From: a virus
Lineage: Duplodnaviria; Caudoviricetes
Reading direction: 5' to 3' (one strand)
Length of the DNA stretch: 64,000 bases
Virus record (IMG/VR): IMGVR_UViG_3300032220_001032
Location: 1,163 to 65,162 of that record
The notes beneath the pieces are model-generated. The model was not told the DNA's origin. It ran no database searches and saw only the letters and a list, made by a program, of their open reading frames with translations. Position 1 is the stretch's first letter. Each line of letters begins with the position of its first letter. A program made the translations under genes and the position numbers. Shown here in pieces: positions 27,938-38,395 of this stretch.

Positions 27938-28537
27938 TCAATTCAAGTTGATTCTTTTTCCTTCCTGTCTCTCAGTTATATTAAAATTTAAAACAGCTCT
28001 TGAGTTATTCTTAGGTATCCCTGCAGCATGATAGTATCTTCCATCAAAAATTACAGCTCTGCCTTTTTTAGGAGAAACTCTTTCTACGATTTCTTCCTCA
28101 GAAATATCTTTTGTAATATCCTGAGCAAGTTGCTCACACATATGGGATGAAATTAAAGTATCTCCATCAGAATCATTTACATAGTATAAAAATACCATAT
28201 GCGGATGCTGAAAATCCACATGAAACTTATCAACTTTAAAATTAGATGTTCCTGGAAGTTGTAAAAATGCTCTCCCTGCAAAAAGTTGTTTTATTTCTAC
28301 ATTTGCTTTATCTGCTATTTCATAAACCAAAGGATAAAAATAATTTAACCATAAATGGTCTGTTGCAATTGGAGAATTCAACCTAATTAAAGAGTGAAAA
28401 AACCCACAATTATTAGATTCATTCATACTGGTCATCTTGGCATTATATTGCCATGTAAATTCAGAAGAATGTAAAAGTCTATCTTCTATAGAATTTTGAT
28501 ATAATTTTCCAATTACATTGTCTATTACTTGAATCAT
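27938..28537 (-). CDS. 2OG-Fe(II) oxygenase
   Basis: FHVD...LYYVNDSDGDT...YHAA...RAVLNFN. Confidence 0.8.
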   Translation of the reverse strand: MIQVIDNVIGKLYQNSIEDRLLHSSEFTWQYNAKMTSMNESNNCGFFHSLIRLNSPIATDHLWLNYFYPLVYEIADKANVEIKQLFAGRAFLQLPGTSNFKVDKFHVDFQHPHMVFLYYVNDSDGDTLISSHMCEQLAQDITKDISEEEIVERVSPKKGRAVIFDGRYYHAAGIPKNNSRAVLNFNITERQEGKRINLN

Positions 28538-28707
28538 GCTTCCTCATAAAAAAATTCACCTTTGAGTTCTGCTATTTTTGCAGTAGCAAAACACTCAACA
28601 CAGGTCCAGAAAGTTTCCCCACTCACCATGTTTTCTCCACAAAAATGGGAGGCGCAATCCTCAAGAATGCCATTGAGTTCTGCCAGTTGGTCACGATTGA
28701 TTTGCAT
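28534..28707 (-). CDS. Hypothetical protein (57 aa)
   Basis: Manual ORF MQINRDQLAELNGILEDCASHFC...; promoter upstream; ATGA coupling. Confidence 0.6.
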   Translation of the reverse strand: MQINRDQLAELNGILEDCASHFCGENMVSGETFWTCVECFATAKIAELKGEFFYEEA

Positions 28708-28733
28708 GATGGGTACTTCTTGCTTACCCTACC

Positions 28734-28788
28734 ATCATAGCATCATGAGCAGCACTCTGCCAACTTAGTGGACAGTTCCTGAACTGTC
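28734..28788 (-). promoter_or_regulatory. Early promoter with palindromic operator
   Basis: GACAGTT-CAGG-AACTGTC (28771-28788), 31 nt, TATGAT. Confidence 0.7.
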
Positions 28789-29441
28789 TGTTTCAGTTCT
28801 TCAATTTGAGTTTGTTGTTCTTTAACTGCCTCAACTAAAACTGCAGTTAAATTTTTATAGTGAACTAACTTTGTCCCTTCTGAATCTTCAGTTACAAGTT
28901 GTGGTATGACTGATTCTACTTCTTGAGCTATTAATCCAATTTCATGTATTTCAATAATATCAGTTCTATCATACTCAACTCCTCTTAGTTTTAAAACTTT
29001 CTCTAAACTATTCTCAAGAGGTTTGATGTTGATTTTGTTTTTAATATCAGAGGTCAGTTGAACTGGAACTCCACCTTGAGTTACTGTACCAACAATATCT
29101 AAGTTGCCAAAAAATTTACCAAGAGGAGATGATGCATTCCAAGCAGGAGTCCCTTCAAATTTTTTAATAATAGCATCTGCTTTAACTCCAAGGTCTCCTT
29201 TTAATCCAAAAGAAGTACTAGCACCAAACTTTAAGTGAGATCCAAAGGCATTAGATACTCCAAATGCATTGTGTGCGCCAATTTGATTGGTTAATCCATT
29301 AAGATTGTTAATGCCTGTAGTTTGTAGTGCAAATGGTTTTGTTGGATCTAAACTTTGCCAGACATCTACAGTAGCAAGAGCAGGAACTAGTGCAGTTCCT
29401 GCCTGAATTCCTTCTGTTTCAATAGAGTTTATATATGCCAT
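28743..29441 (-). CDS. Spike/fibre protein with C-terminal peptidase S74 intramolecular chaperone domain
   Basis: TSDIKNKINI...LRGVEY...GLIAQEVE...LVEAVKE. Confidence 0.85.
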   Translation of the reverse strand: MAYINSIETEGIQAGTALVPALATVDVWQSLDPTKPFALQTTGINNLNGLTNQIGAHNAFGVSNAFGSHLKFGASTSFGLKGDLGVKADAIIKKFEGTPAWNASSPLGKFFGNLDIVGTVTQGGVPVQLTSDIKNKINIKPLENSLEKVLKLRGVEYDRTDIIEIHEIGLIAQEVESVIPQLVTEDSEGTKLVHYKNLTAVLVEAVKEQQTQIEELKQTVQELSTKLAECCS

Positions 29442-30016
29442 TATGATCCTCCAAATACCATTGTTTCTATAAGTTTATCTACAAACTCTCCCAAATTAGT
29501 TGGGATTAATGCTGATTTTGGTTCTATAATTGTAACTCCACCAGTGCCTTTCATATAAATTGGACCCTTTGATGCAAGGACTAATTTATTTCTAGCACCA
29601 ATTGAAATGTTAGCAGCATTCAATCTAATGCTATCTGCTGCTTCAATAATAATATTTTGTGCAGATCTAAACACAAATGCTTCATCTGCTGCTGAAGATT
29701 CAAATCTTATTTCTCTTGCTGCTAAAGTTAAAACTCCATTTCCAGCATCAACTCTTAAATTTTTTCCTGCAGAATAAATGTTGAGACCTTCTACTGCATT
29801 ACTTGTAATGTTATCTGCCTTATCACATGGAAAAGATTGTATTTCAAATCCACCATCCTTAAAGAGTTTTACATGTCCTCCAGCAGCAGAATGTAATTCT
29901 ACTTGTCTTACTCTTTCTGTTTTTACATCTTCACCAATAAAAAGAGTTCCAGATTGAGGATCACTAACTACAAGTCCAGGTGTTTGTTCTTCTCCTGGTT
30001 TTTTGGGAGTTGTCAT
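29441..30016 (-). CDS. gp5 C-terminal-like baseplate protein
   Basis: Beta-strand repeat character; follows gp5. Confidence 0.6.
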   Translation of the reverse strand: MTTPKKPGEEQTPGLVVSDPQSGTLFIGEDVKTERVRQVELHSAAGGHVKLFKDGGFEIQSFPCDKADNITSNAVEGLNIYSAGKNLRVDAGNGVLTLAAREIRFESSAADEAFVFRSAQNIIIEAADSIRLNAANISIGARNKLVLASKGPIYMKGTGGVTIIEPKSALIPTNLGEFVDKLIETMVFGGS

Positions 30017-32022
30017 TGTTTATCAGCACAAAGAATTACTTTCTGAACTGGTCTTCTATCTTCTGGAAGTTCTCCCACTCTTACAAACTTAAGAATAGGA
30101 ATCAAGATAGCACCAGATCCATTTGAGGTATTTATTGCCAACTTAGGAACAGTTCTGATGATTCCACCATTGACAATCTTGGTGTCAATTATTCTTCCAT
30201 CAGGATCTACAACTGGATATATTTCAACTCCAGTATCACAATAGATGTTGTAAATTAGATCATCCTCTCTATATCCAACACCAGTGTTGACTATTACAAC
30301 ATCAGAAATATATGCAGTGTATTCAAATCCATCCTCGCCAACTGGGTTTGTTGTACATGGATCTCCTTCTGGACCAATATAATCATACCCATTACCAGTC
30401 ATGTAAACACTATCTACTTGACCATTTTTGATAATAACATTACCTCTTGCTCCTCCTCCAGTATTACATGCATCTTCAAAGTAAACATAAGGAGAAGTTG
30501 TATAATTAGATCCAGGATCTAAAATATTGACACCCATCACCTGTCCAAGAACATCCACAACTGTTGCTCCAGATCCACCACTTCCACCAACTCCACCAAA
30601 GAAAGTAACCTTTGGTAAACCACAGTTTAGAGTTGTTCCATCACACTCAAAGTATGCAGCAAATTCTTCCTTAGTTACTCCAAGAGCAGAAAGAACATCA
30701 TCACTTGGGGCACCTCCACTATTTTGACCCAACCAACTTGAAAATTGTTTAGTGCCATCTGAGAATAGATTTCTTACCCCCTGTGCTGGTGAGTAACTTA
30801 AAATCTTTTGGAAATTAACTGATCCTTTTGGAACATATCCTTTATTCATTTCATAATCAAATTCATTTTTACATTTAGCATCTTCACAAGTAAAGAATGA
30901 TAGAATAGTTTTTGCATAATTAACTGCTTTTGAAACATACCCAGAAATTTGTCCTACAGTTTCTCCTATTACTGAGGTTAACTCTTTAATAGCTGGTCCA
31001 ATTGCATTTGAAATTTCATTTGTGATTGTTTGCATCATGCTTCCAATCATAGATTCAACTGCACAAAGTGGCATTGAAACCACCTTACCTATCATTTGAC
31101 CAAGAAAATCAAAAACAAATCCAGTTATTTTTTTTAAAAGATTGTCAAACAAACACCAGATGCCATCTACAATTTTATCTGTTGCTAATTTCTTGGCAAG
31201 AATAACATCTTTAGGAAGCAGTTTTTCTATGACATTCTTGAGACCTTGATATATTTGTTCAATAATATAATCTCTTGCTATCTTTGTAAAATCTTTGAGT
31301 CCATCAGATATAGCAGTTCCAACATCTTGAATTAAACTTGGAATATTTTGAATATAATTTAATGTTGGATTAACATAAATGTTGATGTAATTTTGTACAG
31401 TATTAAGATAGTAAATAAATTTTCTAAGTGCCTTTGCAATTTTAGATACAGTATCTGTTCCAGTCTTACATGTTGGAACTGTTGTTACTACGGGAGCAGT
31501 TCCTTGTTTGTTTGCTGCTTGTTTTTGACTTTCTTTTCCATCAGGTGTTGATCCATTTACCTGTGGAACTCCTGAGTCTTTTGGTTTTGTTCCATCAGCA
31601 GGTTTGTTTGATGGATTAGTAATATCAATTCCTGGTTTAAAGGGTTTAAACCCATTTGTTCCTAGATCAAATGTATTTGGGTGTTCAATGGAAGATCCAG
31701 AAAATAATGCTCCAATAATGACTGGTTGTTGTCCATCATCTCCATCCATAAAGAATCCAACAACAGTCTCAGATCCTCTTGGATTGAAACTAATTCCAGC
31801 ACCACCTTCACCAGCACCAAAGTTTAGAGGAACTAAAACATGTGCCCAAGGAAGGTCCTCATCCTTTACTACTGAGGATGAATCTGGGTGATGACCAATG
31901 ATTCTAACCTTTGCCCTATATCCATTTTCAGTATTCTTATACTTGGTTACAATGCCAACAAACCATCTGAAGGCATCTCTACCAATAAAATTAGGATTAA
32001 TTAGGGATTGTTCTATCAGCAT
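30013..32022 (-). CDS. gp5: Baseplate hub gp5 (OB-fold; no lysozyme domain seen)
   Basis: FRWFVG...KVRIIGHH...LPWA...VVGFFMDG..QQPVIIG. Confidence 0.85.
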   Translation of the reverse strand: MLIEQSLINPNFIGRDAFRWFVGIVTKYKNTENGYRAKVRIIGHHPDSSSVVKDEDLPWAHVLVPLNFGAGEGGAGISFNPRGSETVVGFFMDGDDGQQPVIIGALFSGSSIEHPNTFDLGTNGFKPFKPGIDITNPSNKPADGTKPKDSGVPQVNGSTPDGKESQKQAANKQGTAPVVTTVPTCKTGTDTVSKIAKALRKFIYYLNTVQNYINIYVNPTLNYIQNIPSLIQDVGTAISDGLKDFTKIARDYIIEQIYQGLKNVIEKLLPKDVILAKKLATDKIVDGIWCLFDNLLKKITGFVFDFLGQMIGKVVSMPLCAVESMIGSMMQTITNEISNAIGPAIKELTSVIGETVGQISGYVSKAVNYAKTILSFFTCEDAKCKNEFDYEMNKGYVPKGSVNFQKILSYSPAQGVRNLFSDGTKQFSSWLGQNSGGAPSDDVLSALGVTKEEFAAYFECDGTTLNCGLPKVTFFGGVGGSGGSGATVVDVLGQVMGVNILDPGSNYTTSPYVYFEDACNTGGGARGNVIIKNGQVDSVYMTGNGYDYIGPEGDPCTTNPVGEDGFEYTAYISDVVIVNTGVGYREDDLIYNIYCDTGVEIYPVVDPDGRIIDTKIVNGGIIRTVPKLAINTSNGSGAILIPILKFVRVGELPEDRRPVQKVILCADKQ

Positions 32023-32240
32023 CAGTCTTCGTATACCCTACATTCTAATGCATTGGGATTTAAATCACAATACAATTCAAGTGGCGTTGGATCATGATCA
32101 TCCTCTGGATGATTTGCTGCATAAGATTCCAGAGATTCTAACTCTTCCTCTACATGCCTTCTTCTTTGAGCAGAAATCATTGGATCATTGAGTTCTGCTT
32201 TATCTTTTTGTATATGATCTGTAATGTTTTTGTGAGTCAT
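32022..32240 (-). CDS. cp12: CP12 Calvin-cycle inhibitor
   Basis: C-terminus PTPLELYCDLNPNALECRVYED. Confidence 0.92.
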   Translation of the reverse strand: MTHKNITDHIQKDKAELNDPMISAQRRRHVEEELESLESYAANHPEDDHDPTPLELYCDLNPNALECRVYED

Positions 32241-33511
32241 TTTGCTACTCCATAAGAGTCTCTTACTAGTTCTAATCCAGTAAGTCCTTTGCTATCTGCA
32301 AACACATGCTTTAATTTACTTATAATATATTTACCAGATTTACTTTTATCCTTTAACCCTTTATTTTCATCTTCTTTTGTTATCTGACCAAATTCAACAG
32401 ATATAACATCACCAACAGTCAAAGTTAAATTTAAGGGCACAGTTATATTTAACGTCTGACTGAATAATAAATTGTATCTTGTCACACTTTGAGCTTGATA
32501 CTCCATTCTTTTATCTGGTGCTTCTAATTTCCCAGACTTATCCATCTGCCCATTATCAAGCATCTTTACCATCAATCTTGATGGACTGTCTTGCAATCCA
32601 TTTGGAATTTCTGGGGGATCATCATCTCCAGAATGATTCATTTGATTATAACTTTCTGAAAGTTTATAAACATTTGCATAGAATTTTCTAGTGTTAGTAT
32701 CAAAAAAATAATTGACACTGGAATACATTCCAATTCTTAAGTTGTCCAACACATTTACATTTTTAGAAAAAACTGGAGGAGCAGTAATTTTAAAGTTGAC
32801 TCTAGGATCTGATGGAGAAGTGACAGTTTCTTTATAAAAATATGTTTCTTTTGATGGTCTGTTTTTATCAAACAAAGAATCTACACTCTTAAAATTATAT
32901 CCCTCTTGGTTTTCAAAAAATAAAAATCCTGCTGTTCCCTGAGTTGTTCCAGATTTTCCTCTTTCTACCTGAGGTATTCCTTTAGGACATATCCATGTTA
33001 AAACAGTAAATGGTTTTCTAGCATTGCCCATAAAAGAATACTTATTGGTAGTCTTTTCAATGTTAGTGCTTTTATATCTTTTAGTTCCTAATTCATCTTT
33101 AAGAATCTTTTCCACTGTTGTATCTAAATTTGCATCATATCTTCTAAAGACTCTAGCAGTTTCATTAGTAAAAACTTCTCCAGGAATTAAATCTACAGTA
33201 AAAAATTCTTTGGTAGATTCTGTTGTTGAATTTGATATGTTGGAGATGTAATAAGTATTATCATTTTCATCTAATTTAAATTTTGCTTTTGTTGCATCTT
33301 GCTCAACAATAAATCTTACTCTTTCTCCTCCTCTCAGTTTTAATTTAGATAGTATTCCTCCAGTATTAATAATTGCTAAACTAACATAAGTGACTGGTGA
33401 TAATATATTTTCTAAGTAAGTAGCAACAGAAACTGATGCAGTTAAATCTTGAAACCCATCCTTAGTTTCTACAGAAAATTCTAATATTTTGTAATTGAAA
33501 TATGATTTCAT
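32237..33511 (-). CDS. Baseplate hub / tail protein (gp27-like)
   Basis: GFLFFEN.EGYNFKSVDSL, SGKYIISKLKH; synteny. Confidence 0.7.
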   Translation of the reverse strand: MKSYFNYKILEFSVETKDGFQDLTASVSVATYLENILSPVTYVSLAIINTGGILSKLKLRGGERVRFIVEQDATKAKFKLDENDNTYYISNISNSTTESTKEFFTVDLIPGEVFTNETARVFRRYDANLDTTVEKILKDELGTKRYKSTNIEKTTNKYSFMGNARKPFTVLTWICPKGIPQVERGKSGTTQGTAGFLFFENQEGYNFKSVDSLFDKNRPSKETYFYKETVTSPSDPRVNFKITAPPVFSKNVNVLDNLRIGMYSSVNYFFDTNTRKFYANVYKLSESYNQMNHSGDDDPPEIPNGLQDSPSRLMVKMLDNGQMDKSGKLEAPDKRMEYQAQSVTRYNLLFSQTLNITVPLNLTLTVGDVISVEFGQITKEDENKGLKDKSKSGKYIISKLKHVFADSKGLTGLELVRDSYGVAK

Positions 33512-35463
33512 TAACCTAATGCACTGTAGTATAACATTTTTAATATACTTTGATCTGCATCATTACTTTGAGTATTTAGAGACCCTGATCCAGTTGATAT
33601 GTATTTAATTTGTGGAGGAATCACAGGCATTGGAACTTCTATTACTTCAGGTGGAAGATTTTCTAATGTTGTTCTATAAATTTTTGATTTTGAAATAATT
33701 TGATTAACAATATCTGGTGAAACATTCTGTAAAGGATCTCCTCCAGATGCAGTGTGATAATTATCAATTGGTATGATTGCCTCTTTTCCATGCACCATTA
33801 GGAGTTGTCCAGTTTTAGCAGCATCTACAACCATTCCAGCATTAGCACCAGAAGAAGAATGTTCCCTGGCTCTCTCAACACTTAGTGGAGATGTTATTCT
33901 ATTCTTTACTCCAGATAAAATTGGAGCAGGATCTTTTGCAGAATTGCCTTGATATACTTCAAAGTGAAGATGAGTGTTGCCCCCATCAGGATATAATGTT
34001 GCTATTTGTTGTCCTCCATAAACAATTTGCCCAACACTTACACTGGGAACTACATGGACATATCTTGTGTAGAGTCCACCACCATGGTCAATATCAACTG
34101 ATCCTCTATATCCAGCATGAACTGCTTTGACAACTTTTCCAGTTTTAAAAGCAGAAACAGGTGCGTTTAATGGACCACTCCAATGAGTCATATCTAAACC
34201 AGCATGAGGTCTACTTCCACCATCTCTAGATGCTCCAAATTTTTGGTTTTCTCCAATGCGTCCTTGAGTTCCAACATCTCCACCAGGAAGTGGGAAAAAT
34301 GTTTCTCCACTTATGGGTCCATCATAAGCTCCTCCTGGTGGTGCTGATGGTGGAGGTCCAGTTGGAGTTTCATTATATGGATTACTTGGATCTAAAGTGC
34401 CAGTAAATGATCTAGAAAACTTCTGAAATTTCTCTACTACTTTTCCATAACCAACAAGAGTTTTAGCAAAAGTTAAATTCCCAGATTGAGATGCAAGTGC
34501 TTTTTGCTCCCTTTCATTTTTATCCAATTTATCTTCTTTCTTTTTATTTTTTTCTTCCTCAGCAGCACTCATTCCAGACAAATCACGAACTAAATTAGTA
34601 GCATCAAGTGCAAAGGAAGCTATAGATAGAAGTCCTGCAACAGGAAGACCTATACCAGTTGCAGCACTGGCAGCTGCTGCTGCATCTAATGTTGCTGCTG
34701 TTCCAGAAAGTGCTGCTCCAAATTGATCCCCAGACTGTGCTCTATATGCTGCATCAGCAGCACCAACAACTGCACCAACTCCAGGAATAAGAGCAGCACC
34801 AAATCTTCCAAATGCTTTTGCTACCTTTCCTCCTTTTCCAACATTACTTACTACTTCTGTTCCCTGTTGAGTTCTTTTAAGAGCATCCTTTCCAAACCTA
34901 TTCTTAAATGCTTTATCTCCATACCTACTCAAATATCTTTCTTGAGTTGGGGAAGATACCCTTCTACCAGTAACATCAAATCCTCTTCTCGGTTTTGGTC
35001 CCTTATTAAACATTGCATTTCCAGCCATCCCCAACAATCCAGGACCCAATAGTGCTGCAGCAGCAATCATTCCAGGACCAAGAGCCCCTCCCATATCCCC
35101 ATCAAACATTTTTCCTAATGATTTAAATGCTGCAAGAGCTCCTAATGAACTTAAAAGATCTCCTGAATTTGTAAAAAAGGATCCTTTAAATTTAGGTATC
35201 TCAAATTTTGGTGGTTTTCTTTTTAGTTTTTTAGTTGATTTATTATCTTGTTCTTTTTGAATACTATCTAATCTTTTTTTATATCTGTTTAAAATAGAGA
35301 GTTGAGTTTTTCTTTGATATATTCCTTTCTCAAAAGTTCTTCTTAAGATACGAGAAGATTTATTAGTTTGTGATGTTAATTTGGCAAGACTATTGATCTT
35401 AGTTACTTTTGCAACTACCTGAGGTTGTGCTTTTGGTTTTGCTAATAACTTTGTAGTATCCAT
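33511..35463 (-). CDS. Tail-associated protein with M23 peptidase domain
   Basis: HAGLD...YVH...HLHFEV; Ala/Gly-rich helical region. Confidence 0.85.
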   Translation of the reverse strand: MDTTKLLAKPKAQPQVVAKVTKINSLAKLTSQTNKSSRILRRTFEKGIYQRKTQLSILNRYKKRLDSIQKEQDNKSTKKLKRKPPKFEIPKFKGSFFTNSGDLLSSLGALAAFKSLGKMFDGDMGGALGPGMIAAAALLGPGLLGMAGNAMFNKGPKPRRGFDVTGRRVSSPTQERYLSRYGDKAFKNRFGKDALKRTQQGTEVVSNVGKGGKVAKAFGRFGAALIPGVGAVVGAADAAYRAQSGDQFGAALSGTAATLDAAAAASAATGIGLPVAGLLSIASFALDATNLVRDLSGMSAAEEEKNKKKEDKLDKNEREQKALASQSGNLTFAKTLVGYGKVVEKFQKFSRSFTGTLDPSNPYNETPTGPPPSAPPGGAYDGPISGETFFPLPGGDVGTQGRIGENQKFGASRDGGSRPHAGLDMTHWSGPLNAPVSAFKTGKVVKAVHAGYRGSVDIDHGGGLYTRYVHVVPSVSVGQIVYGGQQIATLYPDGGNTHLHFEVYQGNSAKDPAPILSGVKNRITSPLSVERAREHSSSGANAGMVVDAAKTGQLLMVHGKEAIIPIDNYHTASGGDPLQNVSPDIVNQIISKSKIYRTTLENLPPEVIEVPMPVIPPQIKYISTGSGSLNTQSNDADQSILKMLYYSALG

Positions 35464-37463
35464 TATGTGTTGACTATGTTAAGTTGTGCCTGAGTTAGTT
35501 TAGAATAAATATCAGATCCACTCATATCAACACTTGCCAATCCATCAGTGCCACTAATTGCAGCAGAACCAAGATCATTACCTCCTGCTGATTGTGGTTT
35601 TAATGAAACCAAAACTCCTCTTCCATTTGAAGGTGCGGCACTGACTTGATTTGGATCTCTTCTGGGTGGGGCTGGTTGTGCTGGTGGTTGAGACCTATTC
35701 ATTCCTTGATAAATGCCAAGAACTTTTCTCATCCAAGGTCCACCACCACCTTCTCGATTATACCCAGCATCTCTCATTTTTCTGACAGACTCTTCTGGTG
35801 TAGATCCATAATATCTTTTCCATAAATTAACATGTGCAGCAACACCTTCTTCTAAATTATTATAAACTGCAAATCCATTAACTGATCCCCTTGTTCCACT
35901 ACCAGTTTGACCAAATGGATTTGTTCTTCCAGATTGGTTATATTTACTTTTTGTAAGATTGGGATTCATCCATCCACTTTCTAGCATAGCAATTGATGCT
36001 GTCATGTGAGGATCTGGAGATCCTGCTTTAACTGCTGCATCATATACCATTTGATATGCCTGTTGTTGATCTGCTGCAACAGGACCAATTGGTTGTACTC
36101 CTTGAGTGCTAACATCAGGAGCTCCTCCAGATCCTGATTGCCCTCCTCCCATTCCATTATTCCCCCTACTGGGTTTCATTAACAATAACTCTAAAGCAGA
36201 ATCAAATTTTTTGTTCAATTCTTCAAACCTTTTCAAGTCTTGTTGAGTAATTACTCCTATTCCCTGATCAGTTAATCCTTTTTGTTCTGCTGTTAATTGT
36301 TCTAGTCTTGTTTGCTCTTGTGGTTGAGTATCAGAAATTTCTTCTTCCTGAGAGGAAGCAAATGAACTGCCCAAAGCCAAGGCACCAGTTCCTAAAGATA
36401 ATGCTGCCCCAAACTTTCCAATTCCACCCATTCCTCCACCACGCATTCTTGGAGATCCTACTCTCCCTCCACCAAATCCACCACCAAAAGATCTTCTTCC
36501 AAATCCTTTTAATAAAGATTTAAAAATTGCACCCACTAACATAGATGCTATCTGTGGAATAAAAGTTATCCCTATTCCCAATAAAGATTGAAATGCCTTT
36601 GCATAATCTCCATTAATTAATGCATCTATTAATTTAAATCCTGCCAATGCTCTTAATGAACCGCCAAGACCAGAGAAGAAACTTCCAACAAAGGGTTTAA
36701 TAATTTCACCAACATTCTTTTTCTTATCTCCAAGATCTTTTTTTACAAATTTTCTTCCTCTATTTGCTATTCTTTTTTTATACTCTTCAGTTTCTTTTTG
36801 ATTTGTTTCTTTTGTTGCTTTATAATCTTCTATGATTACTTCTCTAATTGCATCTAAGTTATCATTAATTTGAACAAGATCTAAAGTCACTCTTCCCAAA
36901 GAAGAGATCATTGTTTTTGTTGGTTCAATTCCACCTTCCTCAGATTGTTCTGGAGCAATTTTTTGATCTACTCCTACAGGAACAGCCCTCTTTGGAACTA
37001 TTCCTGTCATCTTGGTTGTCTTTAATGATATTTTTTTTCCTGGTCTAAATGTAGACGTCTTTGAAATAAATGCCTGAGCCTTTTCTTTTTTTTCTTTTGC
37101 TTTCTTTACTGCATCATCAATTCTTCTTCTTGCTGCAGCATCTTCAATCTTATCATCAACTTCATCTCTGAATGGAGTTTCCAAATATTCTTCTACTAAC
37201 CACCTTTGATATGCTTCATAATTTTCATAAAACTTAGCGCCACCACCACCATGATTAAATCCTGGATATCCTCTTGAATCTTTTTTAATATTTGCTATTA
37301 ATCTATCAGCATCTGCTTCAGATAGATTAACTATAGATGAATACTGAGTACCATCAGGCATCCTCCTGCCAGTTAATTTGGCTTTAAGATGCATGTAGGC
37401 TCTTTCTCCAGTTTTACCTGAATACCATTCTACTACGCCTGATGGTGGATCTGTTGTCTTCAT
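35463..37463 (-). CDS. Tape-measure-like protein with glucosaminidase/lysozyme-fold domain
   Basis: AMLESGW...NPFG...FAVY..LEEG...AGY. Confidence 0.7.
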   Translation of the reverse strand: MKTTDPPSGVVEWYSGKTGERAYMHLKAKLTGRRMPDGTQYSSIVNLSEADADRLIANIKKDSRGYPGFNHGGGGAKFYENYEAYQRWLVEEYLETPFRDEVDDKIEDAAARRRIDDAVKKAKEKKEKAQAFISKTSTFRPGKKISLKTTKMTGIVPKRAVPVGVDQKIAPEQSEEGGIEPTKTMISSLGRVTLDLVQINDNLDAIREVIIEDYKATKETNQKETEEYKKRIANRGRKFVKKDLGDKKKNVGEIIKPFVGSFFSGLGGSLRALAGFKLIDALINGDYAKAFQSLLGIGITFIPQIASMLVGAIFKSLLKGFGRRSFGGGFGGGRVGSPRMRGGGMGGIGKFGAALSLGTGALALGSSFASSQEEEISDTQPQEQTRLEQLTAEQKGLTDQGIGVITQQDLKRFEELNKKFDSALELLLMKPSRGNNGMGGGQSGSGGAPDVSTQGVQPIGPVAADQQQAYQMVYDAAVKAGSPDPHMTASIAMLESGWMNPNLTKSKYNQSGRTNPFGQTGSGTRGSVNGFAVYNNLEEGVAAHVNLWKRYYGSTPEESVRKMRDAGYNREGGGGPWMRKVLGIYQGMNRSQPPAQPAPPRRDPNQVSAAPSNGRGVLVSLKPQSAGGNDLGSAAISGTDGLASVDMSGSDIYSKLTQAQLNIVNT

Positions 37464-37642
37464 CTATTTGCCTTGGCTGATTTTTCTTCCTCTTCTTTGA
37501 TATAATTTTCTAATAGAGAAAGGTAAATTTCTCTTTCCCAAGGAATCATATTTTCAATCTCTGTCAAAGAGTATTTATGATGCTGCATCAAGGCAAAATT
37601 AATTCTATAATATGCTTCTAAGTCTTCATGACCAAGGATCAA
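37460..37642 (-). CDS. gp51: Baseplate hub assembly catalyst gp51
   Basis: LMQHHKYSLTEIENMIPWEREIY. Confidence 0.85.
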   Translation of the reverse strand: MILGHEDLEAYYRINFALMQHHKYSLTEIENMIPWEREIYLSLLENYIKEEEEKSAKANR

Positions 37643-38367
37643 CCGAAAAAACTTGAGAGTCCCTCCAATACAACCTCATTATCTTTTCCAGTGTTGGGAT
37701 TTTTTACAGTCAAAACATGAGTCAACTTTGGCATAGTGTCAAAAAACTTTTCGATCTCTTTAAATTGAATTCCATCAAAAGTTTCTAACCATTCTACAAG
37801 TTCTTTCTTAGTTACATCACTAGCAGACCATGATTCATCTTTAGTGTAAACCATATCAACACATGATGCAACAATTTCAAAAGACTTATTGATAGTCTCT
37901 TTGCTATCAGTAGTATTAAAGTTAAAGTTATTATCAATAAATTCCTGAAGAGATGGGTACTTCATTTTAACCATAATAGAATCATCTACTTTGATTTCTG
38001 AAGAATGCTCTTTAGGGAATTTAACTTCAATGTCTCTAATATCAATAGTGCATTCTACCTGAGTTTCTCCATCATCAGGACAAGTTACTATGAGTTCCAC
38101 TGCCTCACCAACAGATTTTGCTCTGATGTTGAGGAAAAGATATTCAATATCAAAACTTGGGAGAGTGTCTATTTTAATTCCTCTTGTAAGAACACACTCC
38201 TTTAGAACATCTTTTACTGCTCTAGTGATCTCATCTGGGTTTCCACTTTCCATAGCAAGAATAAGAATCTTTTCTTCTTTAACTAGGAAAGGTCTATATG
38301 AAATTTTCTTTTTATTTGAAGGTAAAATCAACTCATAAGTTGGAGTTGCAATCTTTGGTAATGGCAT
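37639..38367 (-). CDS. gp26: Baseplate hub subunit gp26
   Basis: MPLPKIATPTYEL...RPFLVKEEKIL...FDIEYLFLNIRAKSVGE. Confidence 0.92.
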   Translation of the reverse strand: MPLPKIATPTYELILPSNKKKISYRPFLVKEEKILILAMESGNPDEITRAVKDVLKECVLTRGIKIDTLPSFDIEYLFLNIRAKSVGEAVELIVTCPDDGETQVECTIDIRDIEVKFPKEHSSEIKVDDSIMVKMKYPSLQEFIDNNFNFNTTDSKETINKSFEIVASCVDMVYTKDESWSASDVTKKELVEWLETFDGIQFKEIEKFFDTMPKLTHVLTVKNPNTGKDNEVVLEGLSSFFG

Positions 38368-38395
38368 AATAACCTATAAAGTTCAGTACGATTAT

